The position numbers and the translations under genes are program-made. Positions 45,101-53,582 of a DNA stretch of 55,683 nucleotides are shown here, piece after piece. Source of the DNA: a virus (lineage: Duplodnaviria > Caudoviricetes); IMG/VR virus record IMGVR_UViG_3300047554_000738, positions 1 through 55,683 of that record; one strand, written 5' to 3'. A model generated the notes under the pieces. The model had not been told where the DNA came from. It worked only from the letters and a program-made list of their open reading frames with translations, and did not search any database. Positions within the stretch are counted from its first letter, which is position 1; each line of letters opens with the position of its first letter.

Positions 45101-48100
45101 ACTAAGTTTATGGTTGACGAGAATCTCACATTTGAACAATACGAAGAAGTATTTGACCATTTGTTGTCTTTGCAACCTGAAATTCAGAATGGCAAGAATT
45201 TAGCCAACGACCTGAAAAAGATGTGCTATACCAAAATAGGTAACGAAAGGATGATAAACCGTTATCTCGGAGTACCATTTAAGGACGACAACAACAGCCC
45301 TCAATTTGCAGGATTAGGCAGGAGATTAGCAGGGCATCAGGTAGGACAAGACCAAGGTATTGTCGTAATAAACAATATTGCGAGAGCGTTCCAACAGATA
45401 AATAATGATATATCCGCAGGCAAAGCATCTGATGTTATAACCAAGAATGAACTTATAGATATGCTTCCTGAAGGATTTGAATTTGGGAATATCCCTGGAT
45501 TCGAATCACTGCAGGGTATCAAAATGAATATAGATATAGAAACAGTGAAATCAGCTATATTCTCATTTCTCAAGCAGACTTATGTTGATACTTATGAAAT
45601 GGTGCCTTTGGACAGGTATCAGGGTGTTATTGCAGGGTTAGTGAATGATTTCGAGTTAGTGTACGATGAATCAAGGAATGTTAACCAAGATGGATTCCCT
45701 GAAAGACTTTCATTATTCCATTTAGGAGGTGAGTTTAATCCTACGATGGAGAAACCTGCTGACTTTGACAAGTTAACAATGATGAATCCGAACTACAAAG
45801 GCCAGGAACTGAAGTTAATGTTAGGCGAAGCTATCTTAAAGCACATGTTCAGTATAGCAGGTATTAATTATAAATCATTGGACAAGGTAGAAAATCCGCA
45901 TGAGATGATAGACAAAGTAATGGAAACTACCAAGGTGGAGAATCCGGGGAATACTTATACAAGAACATTAGAAGCTGTAAGGGATATTCTAAGAGACGAA
46001 ACTGTAAAAAAACCGGAACTACCTCCAATTGATGTACCATTAGAAACTGACGTGTTTATGGAGAGAACTACTCCACAAGCAGAACAACCTAAACCTATTG
46101 AACCGGTAGAGGAAGTTACCAAACCTGAACAGGAGATGACAGAAACTCAACCACAAGAACCGGAAGCAATTGCTAAGGTAGGAGAAGAACCTGCAAAACC
46201 TGAATTTGTCCCAACAGCAGGGAAGATGCTAGAATCTCTTAAAGTACCTATGGGAGCTCAATATGGTATATTGCAAGGGTTAAAGAAGAGATACCAAAGA
46301 GCATCAAAGTTAATTTGGGGAAACACTATGTCGGGTGAGGTTTATGACCAAATCCGCAATAGTGATTTAACTAATAATGGCATGTATAATGAGGACGATG
46401 TGGTAGGCATGTATCCTGATTTCTTGTCTGAACCTGACTGGATAGAAATTGACAAAGCTATTGCAGGGAATGTCAAAGGGTTTATATTAAAGACCGAGAA
46501 TAAGAAACATAACAGTAAGGAAACATTGCCTTTATATACAGCGATGCAGATAGCAGATTATTTACAAGAGAACGGTTATACCAGATGGACAAACAAGAAA
46601 GGTGAATTAACGGACAATTATGTTAGAAAAGACATTTTAAAGCCTTCTACAGAGACTTTTACTCAAGAGGTGGCTTCTGATATGCCTGAGCAGATAAAAA
46701 CGCGACAGGAAGCTTCTACTGAGGTTAAATCTGCAATACCGTCACTCAAAGATATCAAGATTGACACAAGTAAGGCAAAAGGTGCAGGTGCTATTGCAAA
46801 AGCTGTTGCTGATATGAAATCTCCTGTCGGAGTAATTAACGGTGGCTCTTATATCAAGACTAAGGTTAACAGTGAAGGGGTATATGAGGATGATGCTAAC
46901 CTTATGGCTCAGATTAGAGAGAAATACCCTGATGCTATTGTAGTTAAAGAAGCTATGGAACCGACCGAAATAGACAAATTACGTGACAGGACTTTTGTCG
47001 TATTCAACAAAACAGGCAATAAAGCAAATGTCAACTATCTCGCTAAGAACAAATACGATTATGTAATTGCTGGGTATGAAGATGTTGGTTTCTCTCTTGG
47101 CGGAGAATCTTATCCTTCCTCTAACGGTCTTGAAATTGCATCAACTATATTAAGGTCCGAGATAGCTAATGAAGTGCAAAGTTTAGTAGGAACTAAACTT
47201 AGGGATATCCTTAACAAACAAATTGTTAATGGGACTATGGCTAAATACAGTTTTGATGATTTCTACGAATCGAAAATAAAGAACAAGAAAGGTTATTCAG
47301 TTAGAGGGCCGATTGAACTTGTCCAGGGTTTGATATCGAACATTATGTACGGTGGTAAGCCGACTGCTTCAGAAAATGCTTTATCACCTTTCGAGATTAA
47401 AACGGAAGATGGCAAAATAAAGAACAAAGATTTTCTCAAAACTTTGACTGAATTTAAAGATACTGAAGGTCATTATTTGTTTGCTCAGGACAGGTACATA
47501 CCATTCAAAATAGCTGCAGGTACTGTATTGAAACACATGATTGACAACAATGTACCAAGACTTGGGGATTATGTATTAAGAAGCAGCAACGATATAGCTA
47601 CTTTGCTATATTCTGATGGTGTTATATCAGATAACCAAGGGAATAGTACAACACTTGAAAATGTATTTGCAGAGAATGGCGAACTGCAAGCTGCATGGAT
47701 ACCTGCCGAGTTCTTGCAAAGTCCTGATTTCAGAGATTTGATTACATTCAATAAAGGTATAGATGCGAGAGAACTCGAATTACTCAAATCTAAAGTGTTA
47801 GTTAATATAACAGATTCGATGCACAGTATATTATCAAACTTTGGTGTCAATATTGACAAGGGACTTCTTTACACTGCCAATGCTTTTTATGAAGTCCAAA
47901 GAGATAAGGCATTTAGAGAGAAAAATCTGTATAAGGGTAGTTTAGCTAATATGCGTGGTACTCACATGGCAGACCCGAAATGGAACTATGCTTATGAAAC
48001 AGGACAATGGCTTACTAAAACTCACTTAGGAGGTAAGACAAGCGAAGATATCATGCGAGAGCATGGTAGTAAGTTTCTTAACGAGCATTCTGATACTAAT

Positions 48101-51100
48101 ATATGGCAACTAATCAAAAGTGCAAGAGACGCAGGTATTATTCCGAAAGTTGCTAATGATGTTACATTGGAAGACTTTATGATTGACAAGCTGAACAAAA
48201 AGGGTGAAAGTATAGGGTTAGAAATGTCAGCTTCTTCTATTGAAGATGTGTCATGGAAGGATAAATCAGTGAAAGACTTTTTCCGGACTATCCGTGAACA
48301 TGCGGCTAAATCATCTAATCAGAAAATATTAGATGCTGTTAATAAGCCAATGTCAGAATGGGACAATGAAACTATGATGGCAATTAGCAGAGAGATTATA
48401 AAACCATATCTTGAAAAGGTACTGCCACCATTAGCATTAGGTACAGGTAAAGGGACTATCGAAGAAGCACAAAGCTGGTCTGATTATACAATTCAGAAAC
48501 TCATGGCAGGGTTCATGCCGGGTAATTCGGGTTATATGAATAAACTTGAAGCTATGTATGATAAAATATCAGGCGAGAATTCACATAGCAGAACAATTGC
48601 CAGAAACTTTATGAATCAAAACTATCTTGCATCAATAGCTGAACTAATCTTAGAATTAAGAAAGACTAAATCAGGAACTTGGTGGAGCAATATCAAAATA
48701 TGGGGTTCTAAGTTACCTACTGAGATGTTGAAGAGACATAGTATGAACAAACAGGTCTTCAATGCTACTGATGAGATTATGGATATTCCTGAAGTAGTTA
48801 ATGGCGAAGCAGGGCAGGTTGATACAATCAGATTGAAAGATGAAGCCGATTGGGAATTGGGAGTGCAATTACCTTATGTTTTGTTGCCTAAACAGTATCC
48901 AATGATATTGGCAGCTACAAGATTGACTAAATTGAAGAACAATCTTGCAGCAGAAACTAACAGGATTAAAGAGGATTTCGAAAGTATAGAGAATAATACC
49001 GATACTGAAATTGCTTCAGGTATCGAAAGTTTGGATAATGTAATTATCGCTAAGAACAAAGGGTTTGATGAATATACGCAATCGGATGTTGTTGACCCGG
49101 GTAATTTATTAGATGAGATTAAATTCCAGACCAAAACTAAGAACGGTGTTGTGCAGGATGGTAAGGTTACATTCAATATCCGTAAACCTGAGAATAAGGT
49201 TGAATCTATTATATTCGATGTCCAGAATGATGCTGATTTGAGAGATGGTATAAATACTTTCCTCAATAGTTGGAATGCTAATGTTGACCCGACTATAAAG
49301 ACTAAGTTATTCAATTATATCAAATATAAGACTGCATTAGAGAATTATCGTAACATGCTTGTCAGTTATACTAAAGCTATCGAGAGTTTTGCTAATAGGT
49401 ACAAAAATGGTAGAATAGATGGTACAGGTATCAATGCCAAGGATAATTTGCAGAGACTTAACAGTTTTATAGCGAAGATGGGCAAATTGAATCCGACTGA
49501 AGTGGCTATGATGACAAGAGATATCAGAGATGATGTTGACATGAGTGATGCTGTCCAATATTTCCAGGACAATTTTATAACTCCTAATGAAGAATCGTTT
49601 ATTGAGCAAAGGAACATTCAATTTGAATTCAACTCGAAACTGAGAGAGAAGTACAAGAATTACAGCAGAGTGAAGAAAGGAAGAACAGGGCAGGGTGATT
49701 TCATGGGCTCTATCCGTACTGAAATCAAGAAGTTATTAGCAGGAGAAACTAAACAGAATGCAACTGCCGGTGAAGCTATTGTATCTGAAAATGACAGGTA
49801 TGAGATAGACAGACAAATTAAAGCAGGGACCGGTTCAACTTATGTATTAAGCAGATGGGGAGAACAGATAGCAAGTATTATTTCCGAGAATATTAATGGT
49901 ACTGGTTTAATAGTAGGCAAAGATGCAAACGGCAAAGCAGTAACCAAGGCGTTGACAAGTGCGGAACAGAAACAATTGTTCAATGAAGTCTTATCTGATG
50001 TCCGGAATCTTATTGATGAATTCTACAAAGGGGATAATGCTTATTACGATTTATTCCGTAAACTCGGGATTAAAGGTTATGACCAAGCGTTACATTATAT
50101 CAAAACTGCTAAGGAGTGGGATGCCGTTCTGAATGCACGTAGAGAAATTAGCAAAGCAGTCAAGAATCAAATGCACAAATTAGCAAAGGATGCTCAGGTT
50201 AATTACTTTAATCAGTTTGTTGCAAGTAAAGATGTGACCGAAGATATTAGAGCACATTATAACTTCACAGAACTCTTCCAGAAGGTGTTTGCGGACAAAA
50301 CCGATGCAGAGGGTAGGGTAGTGGATAAATTCTTTACTACAAGGCTGGATAAGGCCTCAAATGACATTGATTGGGTTATGACCAATTCATTAATTGATTT
50401 GAACAATACCATGCTCCACAATTATCTTGAATTTGATAGGGAAACAAGCAAAATAGCCGATATGAATACAATCTCTGTATTGACCAATACAATTGGTATG
50501 CCTTACAAATATGGGCAGGAATTGCCGATTGGACAGTTTAATGATGAATTCAAAGCTACTGAACTTACTGAACCGGGTAGTTATTATATACCATCTGACT
50601 TGAAAGTAGGGGATATCGTTACTATGAGATTAAAGGATAACAAGACATTCACTGCGAGACTATTATGTGGTGTAAAATGTAAAGAGAATGTATTAAACAA
50701 GGATACCAAGAAAGCAGAGGTACGTGATGTGCCTTATTATGTGTTCAGCAACGATATAAACAATTCACCGAATCAATCATTTATAGCTGCGGATATGATA
50801 GCCACTATGAGAAAAGGTGAATCACCTGATTGGACATTAAATGCAGTCCAGGGAAGAATGCGGCATCATATCCAAAATTCTATATCTGATATGGCGGAAG
50901 AGTTTAAACATTATATAACACAGCGAGTTAACGATAAAGGCAGGACAGACAACATAGCACAAAGACGTGCTTCTAATAAGACTATCCATTATATCCAGGA
51001 CTTTAACAATGATAAGAGCGTGGCTAAATTTGTCAGATGGGGACAGAAAGTAGCGGATGCAGGGCAGGTAGGTTTATACTATCTCAGAGCAAGACACATA

Positions 51101-52711
51101 TTAACAGGTCTATCGGGTGTAGCATTTAGTGGCAGTCTTGGTGGTGCTGTTTATTATGGTGGTAAAGGAATAACCAAATATCTTATGGGAATAGGCAAAC
51201 TGTTTCTTCAAAATAGAATGGGTTATACCGATAATCTTGTTTATCATCCGGTAGTCAAACGGAACCAACGTGCAATAACTGCTCAATTAATGAGAGGTCT
51301 AAGTGGTGTAAAGAACATTTGGTCAGGTGCTGAAAAAGAAGCGTCAGCTACAATTGCAAGGCAGCATATGAGTGAACTTGTGGCTTTGGAAAGTACTTCT
51401 GAAATGGGACATCTTAACGAACAAATGGGTGAAGTTATTGACCGTATCATGCAAAACAATGAAGAAGGGCATAAATACTTTAAAAACAAGCTGCTTAAAA
51501 CGAGGGCAGTAAATAAGTTAGCTAAAGGTATTAAAGAGATTACTCAGGAAATGACCGAAGATACTGAGATTGCCGAGCAAATGAGGGAAGGTGAAGAACA
51601 TGTATCAAGAGTTGTTAGGAAAGTTGCTGATAAAATTGAATGGCTTAAAGTCACTATGAAAGAAGCTGAATTTGATAATGGTGAATATGTAATGAAAAAC
51701 AAATCAGTTCATGTACCTAAAATCAAAGGGTTGTCTGACCACGACAGTTTGACGGTTATTACTTTATGGGACCAACTATTATATTTGGCTTCCTTAAGAG
51801 GTGGTATCCTAACTTCCGAAAAGACTTCAGCCGGTGCTGCTGTACGCAAATTCTATGAAGAGAAAGTAAAAACATTCTCTGATGAATATGGTGGGCATAT
51901 AAGTAATTCATTTACAAGTAACTTATTAGAGAGAGAAGCATCTATGGGTTACGGTAATTACAAACGGAACATGGCACAAAAGACATGGTTAATCAGGAAC
52001 TTAAACAGATTTTCTCCTTTCGGATATGAGAAAGGGCAGAACATCACTAAGTATAACATGTCAAGACAGGATATGTATAAAGCTTACAAGGAATCCAATG
52101 GTGCTGAATTTGACCGTTTTATAGGCGACATGGCTCAATTGGGGATACCTATTGGCGAGTGGTTCCTCGAACAAAGCAATTCGTTACCAAAAGCATTTGC
52201 AGTCCGTTCAGTTCAACTGGCTATTAAGACACTAATCAAGTATGGTGCTATGGGAATATTAGGCACTGCCGGTAAAGCTATCAATACTATATTCAGTGAC
52301 CCTTCTGAAGATATTGACGAGATACTGTCATTACAGGGATTCGCTTTCGGGCCGTTAGAAATGTCAATGCAAATGATAGCTACAATAATTAACGCTTTGT
52401 TAGTATCCGAAAGCATAGGTGATTTAACTGAAGCTAAGAAAGCAACTATTGCAAGTGACATGTTAAAGATGCCGGGACAATCTTTGCGTGGAGTTATGGG
52501 TAAAGGAGCAACTGATGCTTTAAATGCTCTAACTGTAACATTATATGCAGCTTGGAAAGGAATGACAGGAGAAGAACTTGCAGGTATTGTAGATAAAACT
52601 AAAAAAATAGAAAAGAATAATTTGAAAACTGCAACAGATTTAGTAAATTGGATGGCACCCGGAGTGGGAACTATCACAAATGAATATATTAACCAATCAT
52701 GGAGGAAGTAA
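39149..52711 (+). CDS. Giant virion polyprotein with zincin-like protease and two-barrel (beta/beta' fused) RNA polymerase domains
   Basis: HELVH (41318-41332) with downstream NELIA; ETDG, TKGML, PTASK, GDKMLFVKIP and GGDFDGD (45080-45094); frame open from 38969. Confidence 0.85.
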   Translation: MHQMADYDDKLKQPSQESLLLGQKLAKTGGTTAGPFGLSYDMMHPIRPEPVAPKKFDKEINDLLSNTVKFRKDKAGLKWQYTLDPKEIEASEKMLDMYWQDKLTEFGKKGGYAKDIREGGTYSALHETRGFFSGLAEFFTDPITAIARTQTGTFHENSEMKEIREFTKAWMAAKEDLNALKLKYRTEDSYRKPVAEQTKFLQNQIAGTGHDSKAMTDYKPDEWKPKEPKPAYDVDYDYDAADVTELYVNKAAKGALVGIAEGVLRTNIVGNTSGVEMQDHLARFVQASQDGIDSEKAKEIAGYIQNRSEQGGAIQDVAIKTIGDLVEMTSSMYSPVGGFALGTKAFNAAYQAAKASKFARILRAVDAGKLTKMNPEFRKRYEIFNKILNPKASAPVNGSYILPKVSDMIGTKSEYIGRLVASSFVDQMLTADHKLTPDEVIENLKNMTILGGMNYAFSKAFMKGAQHLLLTKTLAGTKIGGLAQKQLNTTAAAMVGIGQLVAQPAQSLVLNSLDGRDITAEQFVADMIMGLGMSYGDFYKTAQAKGDSWKVKKFDEILKENYDEMGFVPNVPIKDQTNRQESMEQQSKVIEEVVKTTQEQNPTKVVRTVQGTKDGQAGTIIIGKQTYGQELVGETRKRLGLKEDEAITGKHLIDAFSDDFKKSRVKKTIFSLIGKIAPDVKVELSEDINAPAAYKDGVLYLNNKDAYTLKKGGIGKAATVTIAHELVHGLVEERLKNDEVFGKKMYDIYYKFKEKASNWLEHHPDAFNSMSETQKEMIMKILGNTYETTDESGQVIREIDDEVNLNELIAIMYEPSTAANTVRKFLYTVDPSLKNDILSKIGGALGIESDLFKEIDNVIVNSEKTLINDRPEAYKLSEAKEPTALPGEQDLYDEEGDMLGSNDDYDSPFEMSKMSITEAMDFMSAEENFTKVAEVKKALTTEVEEENITESRNRDFEVEVKVNSLKRRLEVATDERLDKLLASTDDEIKQHIAKYVQDATEQQNTFRKIKNLRKVESLGINVTLSKKKGISVTKVAPINGMTPKNRPVKGYTGKQVYLDKGLALMAVEATGSGLFNGIGLNTLAELANPDNITLIEGYYPSSTKKVGDNFVTSPIKNKISDKLDPNIFATTDLGGKLLAQGYFLMPKVKGQRAIKLPGIAETLKDRRNFVTGIDNFFIKKMLVNEATYDYNYEKATQIKSFMENFDSGKLLKVITNKINAEMEGRELPFYVKDIIKDGETPEKITALTKQAEAFKPMMDEIKQIVKKYYTDNTGKIRLPEWVNEKSAIPDQAVYDRLVRVIYGLTDNGFKTSWNKVDSKEVTPVKSTDKYLNILTADHYNRLGDMGQLADLAGDIRLETGGYDTDHMKQKYGMDVNSDGDGVLRTLSVSDDYLKDNLGFSDEDIAEYTRFITMFSEQETDGVLMSLNDNTYSLLAKTLGIKEDAWQKVPGLKPKGVEFNNGNVRITKGMLWNINNMKDIANRNPWLAKIIQAAKDNNIAVLYMPTASKGKHTAKVKFVDIDEKTRAVVDNDNTLLSVEIKSGDKWKTDPDVTKAYKSEFALGFMNGIVPEWAIGHMKITGDDALTFENYVHGSDIALGANGFETILATQRTSNLFAGEQGQKVYDILQNHINYNIQKSSGKIKDIMLSSEIGARMMQGIGKLKPDFKVTAAEHKALGSFVQQALDYFERQIDADRTDDTIHTYGENAYVLYDRLSQMVDSRGNFLLNKLPLLITMNNILAGRTLTEGNNSLGATLMRYAVEDMIKGRVPVMASKIMPDFNAESAVIYTINKIAQDRLDEAMNKDIDARDQNGRIIWNSQKQQLYRDLVKMELGSMYGIENYDEHVEVYGIANKGTTEIEGFEVAKEVKALTASILTPKERLDLLGSKFIDENGKLRNRGVILGRDNYEKEIKYRQKMHRLYPDKGFDKPLMPGDKMLFVKIPSDDYTNTLMPLYFAGVTEQEGVVITESGIIKFTGGDFDGDGITKFMVDENLTFEQYEEVFDHLLSLQPEIQNGKNLANDLKKMCYTKIGNERMINRYLGVPFKDDNNSPQFAGLGRRLAGHQVGQDQGIVVINNIARAFQQINNDISAGKASDVITKNELIDMLPEGFEFGNIPGFESLQGIKMNIDIETVKSAIFSFLKQTYVDTYEMVPLDRYQGVIAGLVNDFELVYDESRNVNQDGFPERLSLFHLGGEFNPTMEKPADFDKLTMMNPNYKGQELKLMLGEAILKHMFSIAGINYKSLDKVENPHEMIDKVMETTKVENPGNTYTRTLEAVRDILRDETVKKPELPPIDVPLETDVFMERTTPQAEQPKPIEPVEEVTKPEQEMTETQPQEPEAIAKVGEEPAKPEFVPTAGKMLESLKVPMGAQYGILQGLKKRYQRASKLIWGNTMSGEVYDQIRNSDLTNNGMYNEDDVVGMYPDFLSEPDWIEIDKAIAGNVKGFILKTENKKHNSKETLPLYTAMQIADYLQENGYTRWTNKKGELTDNYVRKDILKPSTETFTQEVASDMPEQIKTRQEASTEVKSAIPSLKDIKIDTSKAKGAGAIAKAVADMKSPVGVINGGSYIKTKVNSEGVYEDDANLMAQIREKYPDAIVVKEAMEPTEIDKLRDRTFVVFNKTGNKANVNYLAKNKYDYVIAGYEDVGFSLGGESYPSSNGLEIASTILRSEIANEVQSLVGTKLRDILNKQIVNGTMAKYSFDDFYESKIKNKKGYSVRGPIELVQGLISNIMYGGKPTASENALSPFEIKTEDGKIKNKDFLKTLTEFKDTEGHYLFAQDRYIPFKIAAGTVLKHMIDNNVPRLGDYVLRSSNDIATLLYSDGVISDNQGNSTTLENVFAENGELQAAWIPAEFLQSPDFRDLITFNKGIDARELELLKSKVLVNITDSMHSILSNFGVNIDKGLLYTANAFYEVQRDKAFREKNLYKGSLANMRGTHMADPKWNYAYETGQWLTKTHLGGKTSEDIMREHGSKFLNEHSDTNIWQLIKSARDAGIIPKVANDVTLEDFMIDKLNKKGESIGLEMSASSIEDVSWKDKSVKDFFRTIREHAAKSSNQKILDAVNKPMSEWDNETMMAISREIIKPYLEKVLPPLALGTGKGTIEEAQSWSDYTIQKLMAGFMPGNSGYMNKLEAMYDKISGENSHSRTIARNFMNQNYLASIAELILELRKTKSGTWWSNIKIWGSKLPTEMLKRHSMNKQVFNATDEIMDIPEVVNGEAGQVDTIRLKDEADWELGVQLPYVLLPKQYPMILAATRLTKLKNNLAAETNRIKEDFESIENNTDTEIASGIESLDNVIIAKNKGFDEYTQSDVVDPGNLLDEIKFQTKTKNGVVQDGKVTFNIRKPENKVESIIFDVQNDADLRDGINTFLNSWNANVDPTIKTKLFNYIKYKTALENYRNMLVSYTKAIESFANRYKNGRIDGTGINAKDNLQRLNSFIAKMGKLNPTEVAMMTRDIRDDVDMSDAVQYFQDNFITPNEESFIEQRNIQFEFNSKLREKYKNYSRVKKGRTGQGDFMGSIRTEIKKLLAGETKQNATAGEAIVSENDRYEIDRQIKAGTGSTYVLSRWGEQIASIISENINGTGLIVGKDANGKAVTKALTSAEQKQLFNEVLSDVRNLIDEFYKGDNAYYDLFRKLGIKGYDQALHYIKTAKEWDAVLNARREISKAVKNQMHKLAKDAQVNYFNQFVASKDVTEDIRAHYNFTELFQKVFADKTDAEGRVVDKFFTTRLDKASNDIDWVMTNSLIDLNNTMLHNYLEFDRETSKIADMNTISVLTNTIGMPYKYGQELPIGQFNDEFKATELTEPGSYYIPSDLKVGDIVTMRLKDNKTFTARLLCGVKCKENVLNKDTKKAEVRDVPYYVFSNDINNSPNQSFIAADMIATMRKGESPDWTLNAVQGRMRHHIQNSISDMAEEFKHYITQRVNDKGRTDNIAQRRASNKTIHYIQDFNNDKSVAKFVRWGQKVADAGQVGLYYLRARHILTGLSGVAFSGSLGGAVYYGGKGITKYLMGIGKLFLQNRMGYTDNLVYHPVVKRNQRAITAQLMRGLSGVKNIWSGAEKEASATIARQHMSELVALESTSEMGHLNEQMGEVIDRIMQNNEEGHKYFKNKLLKTRAVNKLAKGIKEITQEMTEDTEIAEQMREGEEHVSRVVRKVADKIEWLKVTMKEAEFDNGEYVMKNKSVHVPKIKGLSDHDSLTVITLWDQLLYLASLRGGILTSEKTSAGAAVRKFYEEKVKTFSDEYGGHISNSFTSNLLEREASMGYGNYKRNMAQKTWLIRNLNRFSPFGYEKGQNITKYNMSRQDMYKAYKESNGAEFDRFIGDMAQLGIPIGEWFLEQSNSLPKAFAVRSVQLAIKTLIKYGAMGILGTAGKAINTIFSDPSEDIDEILSLQGFAFGPLEMSMQMIATIINALLVSESIGDLTEAKKATIASDMLKMPGQSLRGVMGKGATDALNALTVTLYAAWKGMTGEELAGIVDKTKKIEKNNLKTATDLVNWMAPGVGTITNEYINQSWRK

Positions 52712-53070
52712 TGAACTTACTGAACAAACCGATACGTGTTAAATACACGGTAAAAAATGACCAAACAATTAATATGAAAGTAGGCAAGACTTATTGGGCA
52801 ATTGCTTTGGTAAATGAAAGTGGATATTTGAAATATGTTGTTATCAATGACAATGATACAGCGGAGATAGTCCCTGCACATTTATATCCTATTGTGTTAG
52901 AGGATATCGGGATTCACGATACCCCTGTTGAACAAGAACCTAAAAAGGAAATTCTTTATCCTAAACCAGTGCAAGAAGAGGTGACAGAACTTCCCAAGGA
53001 AGAAGAGAACATTACTGAAGCAGGGCCAAAGAAAAAAAACATGTTCGAGGTGAAACGTGTCAGAAATTAG
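52711..53070 (+). CDS. Hypothetical protein
   Basis: TAATG coupling, GGAGG RBS; SH3-like N-half and acidic tail. Confidence 0.65.
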   Translation: MNLLNKPIRVKYTVKNDQTINMKVGKTYWAIALVNESGYLKYVVINDNDTAEIVPAHLYPIVLEDIGIHDTPVEQEPKKEILYPKPVQEEVTELPKEEENITEAGPKKKNMFEVKRVRN

Positions 53071-53581
53071 TCCGGAATATAGACCAATAGAGAAATCAGA
53101 AATTCATGTTGAGCAACCGAAACTTGCCAATATGACAAAAGATGAACTTATAGAGAAACTTATCAAGACCAGTATTGACAAAGCAAAGTTGCAGACTTAC
53201 TATTCGAAATATCATGGAATTGAAGTAACTTTAGGTGTTGATGACTATTGGAATATAGTAGTGGCTAAAGCGAGTGATTTGATTAAAATTGTCAAGTTTG
53301 CACCATGGCTGTTAACATCTGCAGTCAGGTTAGTAGATATTTTACAACTTATTAAAGGAGTTAATATGAAGGGCAAAAGTTGGTTCTGGTGGTTTACTAC
53401 CATAGTGGGACTACTTACAGCAATAGGCACAGCATGGAACGCAGTAGCTACCGATGCAGATTGGTGGGCTTATGTCACAGCAGCGTTAATTGCTATATTC
53501 AGTTTCTTGTCTGATAAAGTCAAGAAAGCAGTTGGTGTTATTGCGATAACATTATGGCCATATTTCAGTCGGGTTATTTAA
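53057..53581 (+). CDS. Holin-like membrane protein with in-frame internal start
   Basis: GTG start with GAGGTG RBS; 2-3 C-terminal TM helices; second RBS AAGGAG before ATG 53366. Confidence 0.55.
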   Translation: MSEISPEYRPIEKSEIHVEQPKLANMTKDELIEKLIKTSIDKAKLQTYYSKYHGIEVTLGVDDYWNIVVAKASDLIKIVKFAPWLLTSAVRLVDILQLIKGVNMKGKSWFWWFTTIVGLLTAIGTAWNAVATDADWWAYVTAALIAIFSFLSDKVKKAVGVIAITLWPYFSRVI

Positions 53582-53582
53582 T

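Noticed and set aside
39265-52677. Numerous minus-strand ORFs in the track (also opposite the portal, MCP and fibre genes)
   Set aside because: Shadow ORFs antisense to long + strand genes, with no RBS or recognisable motifs
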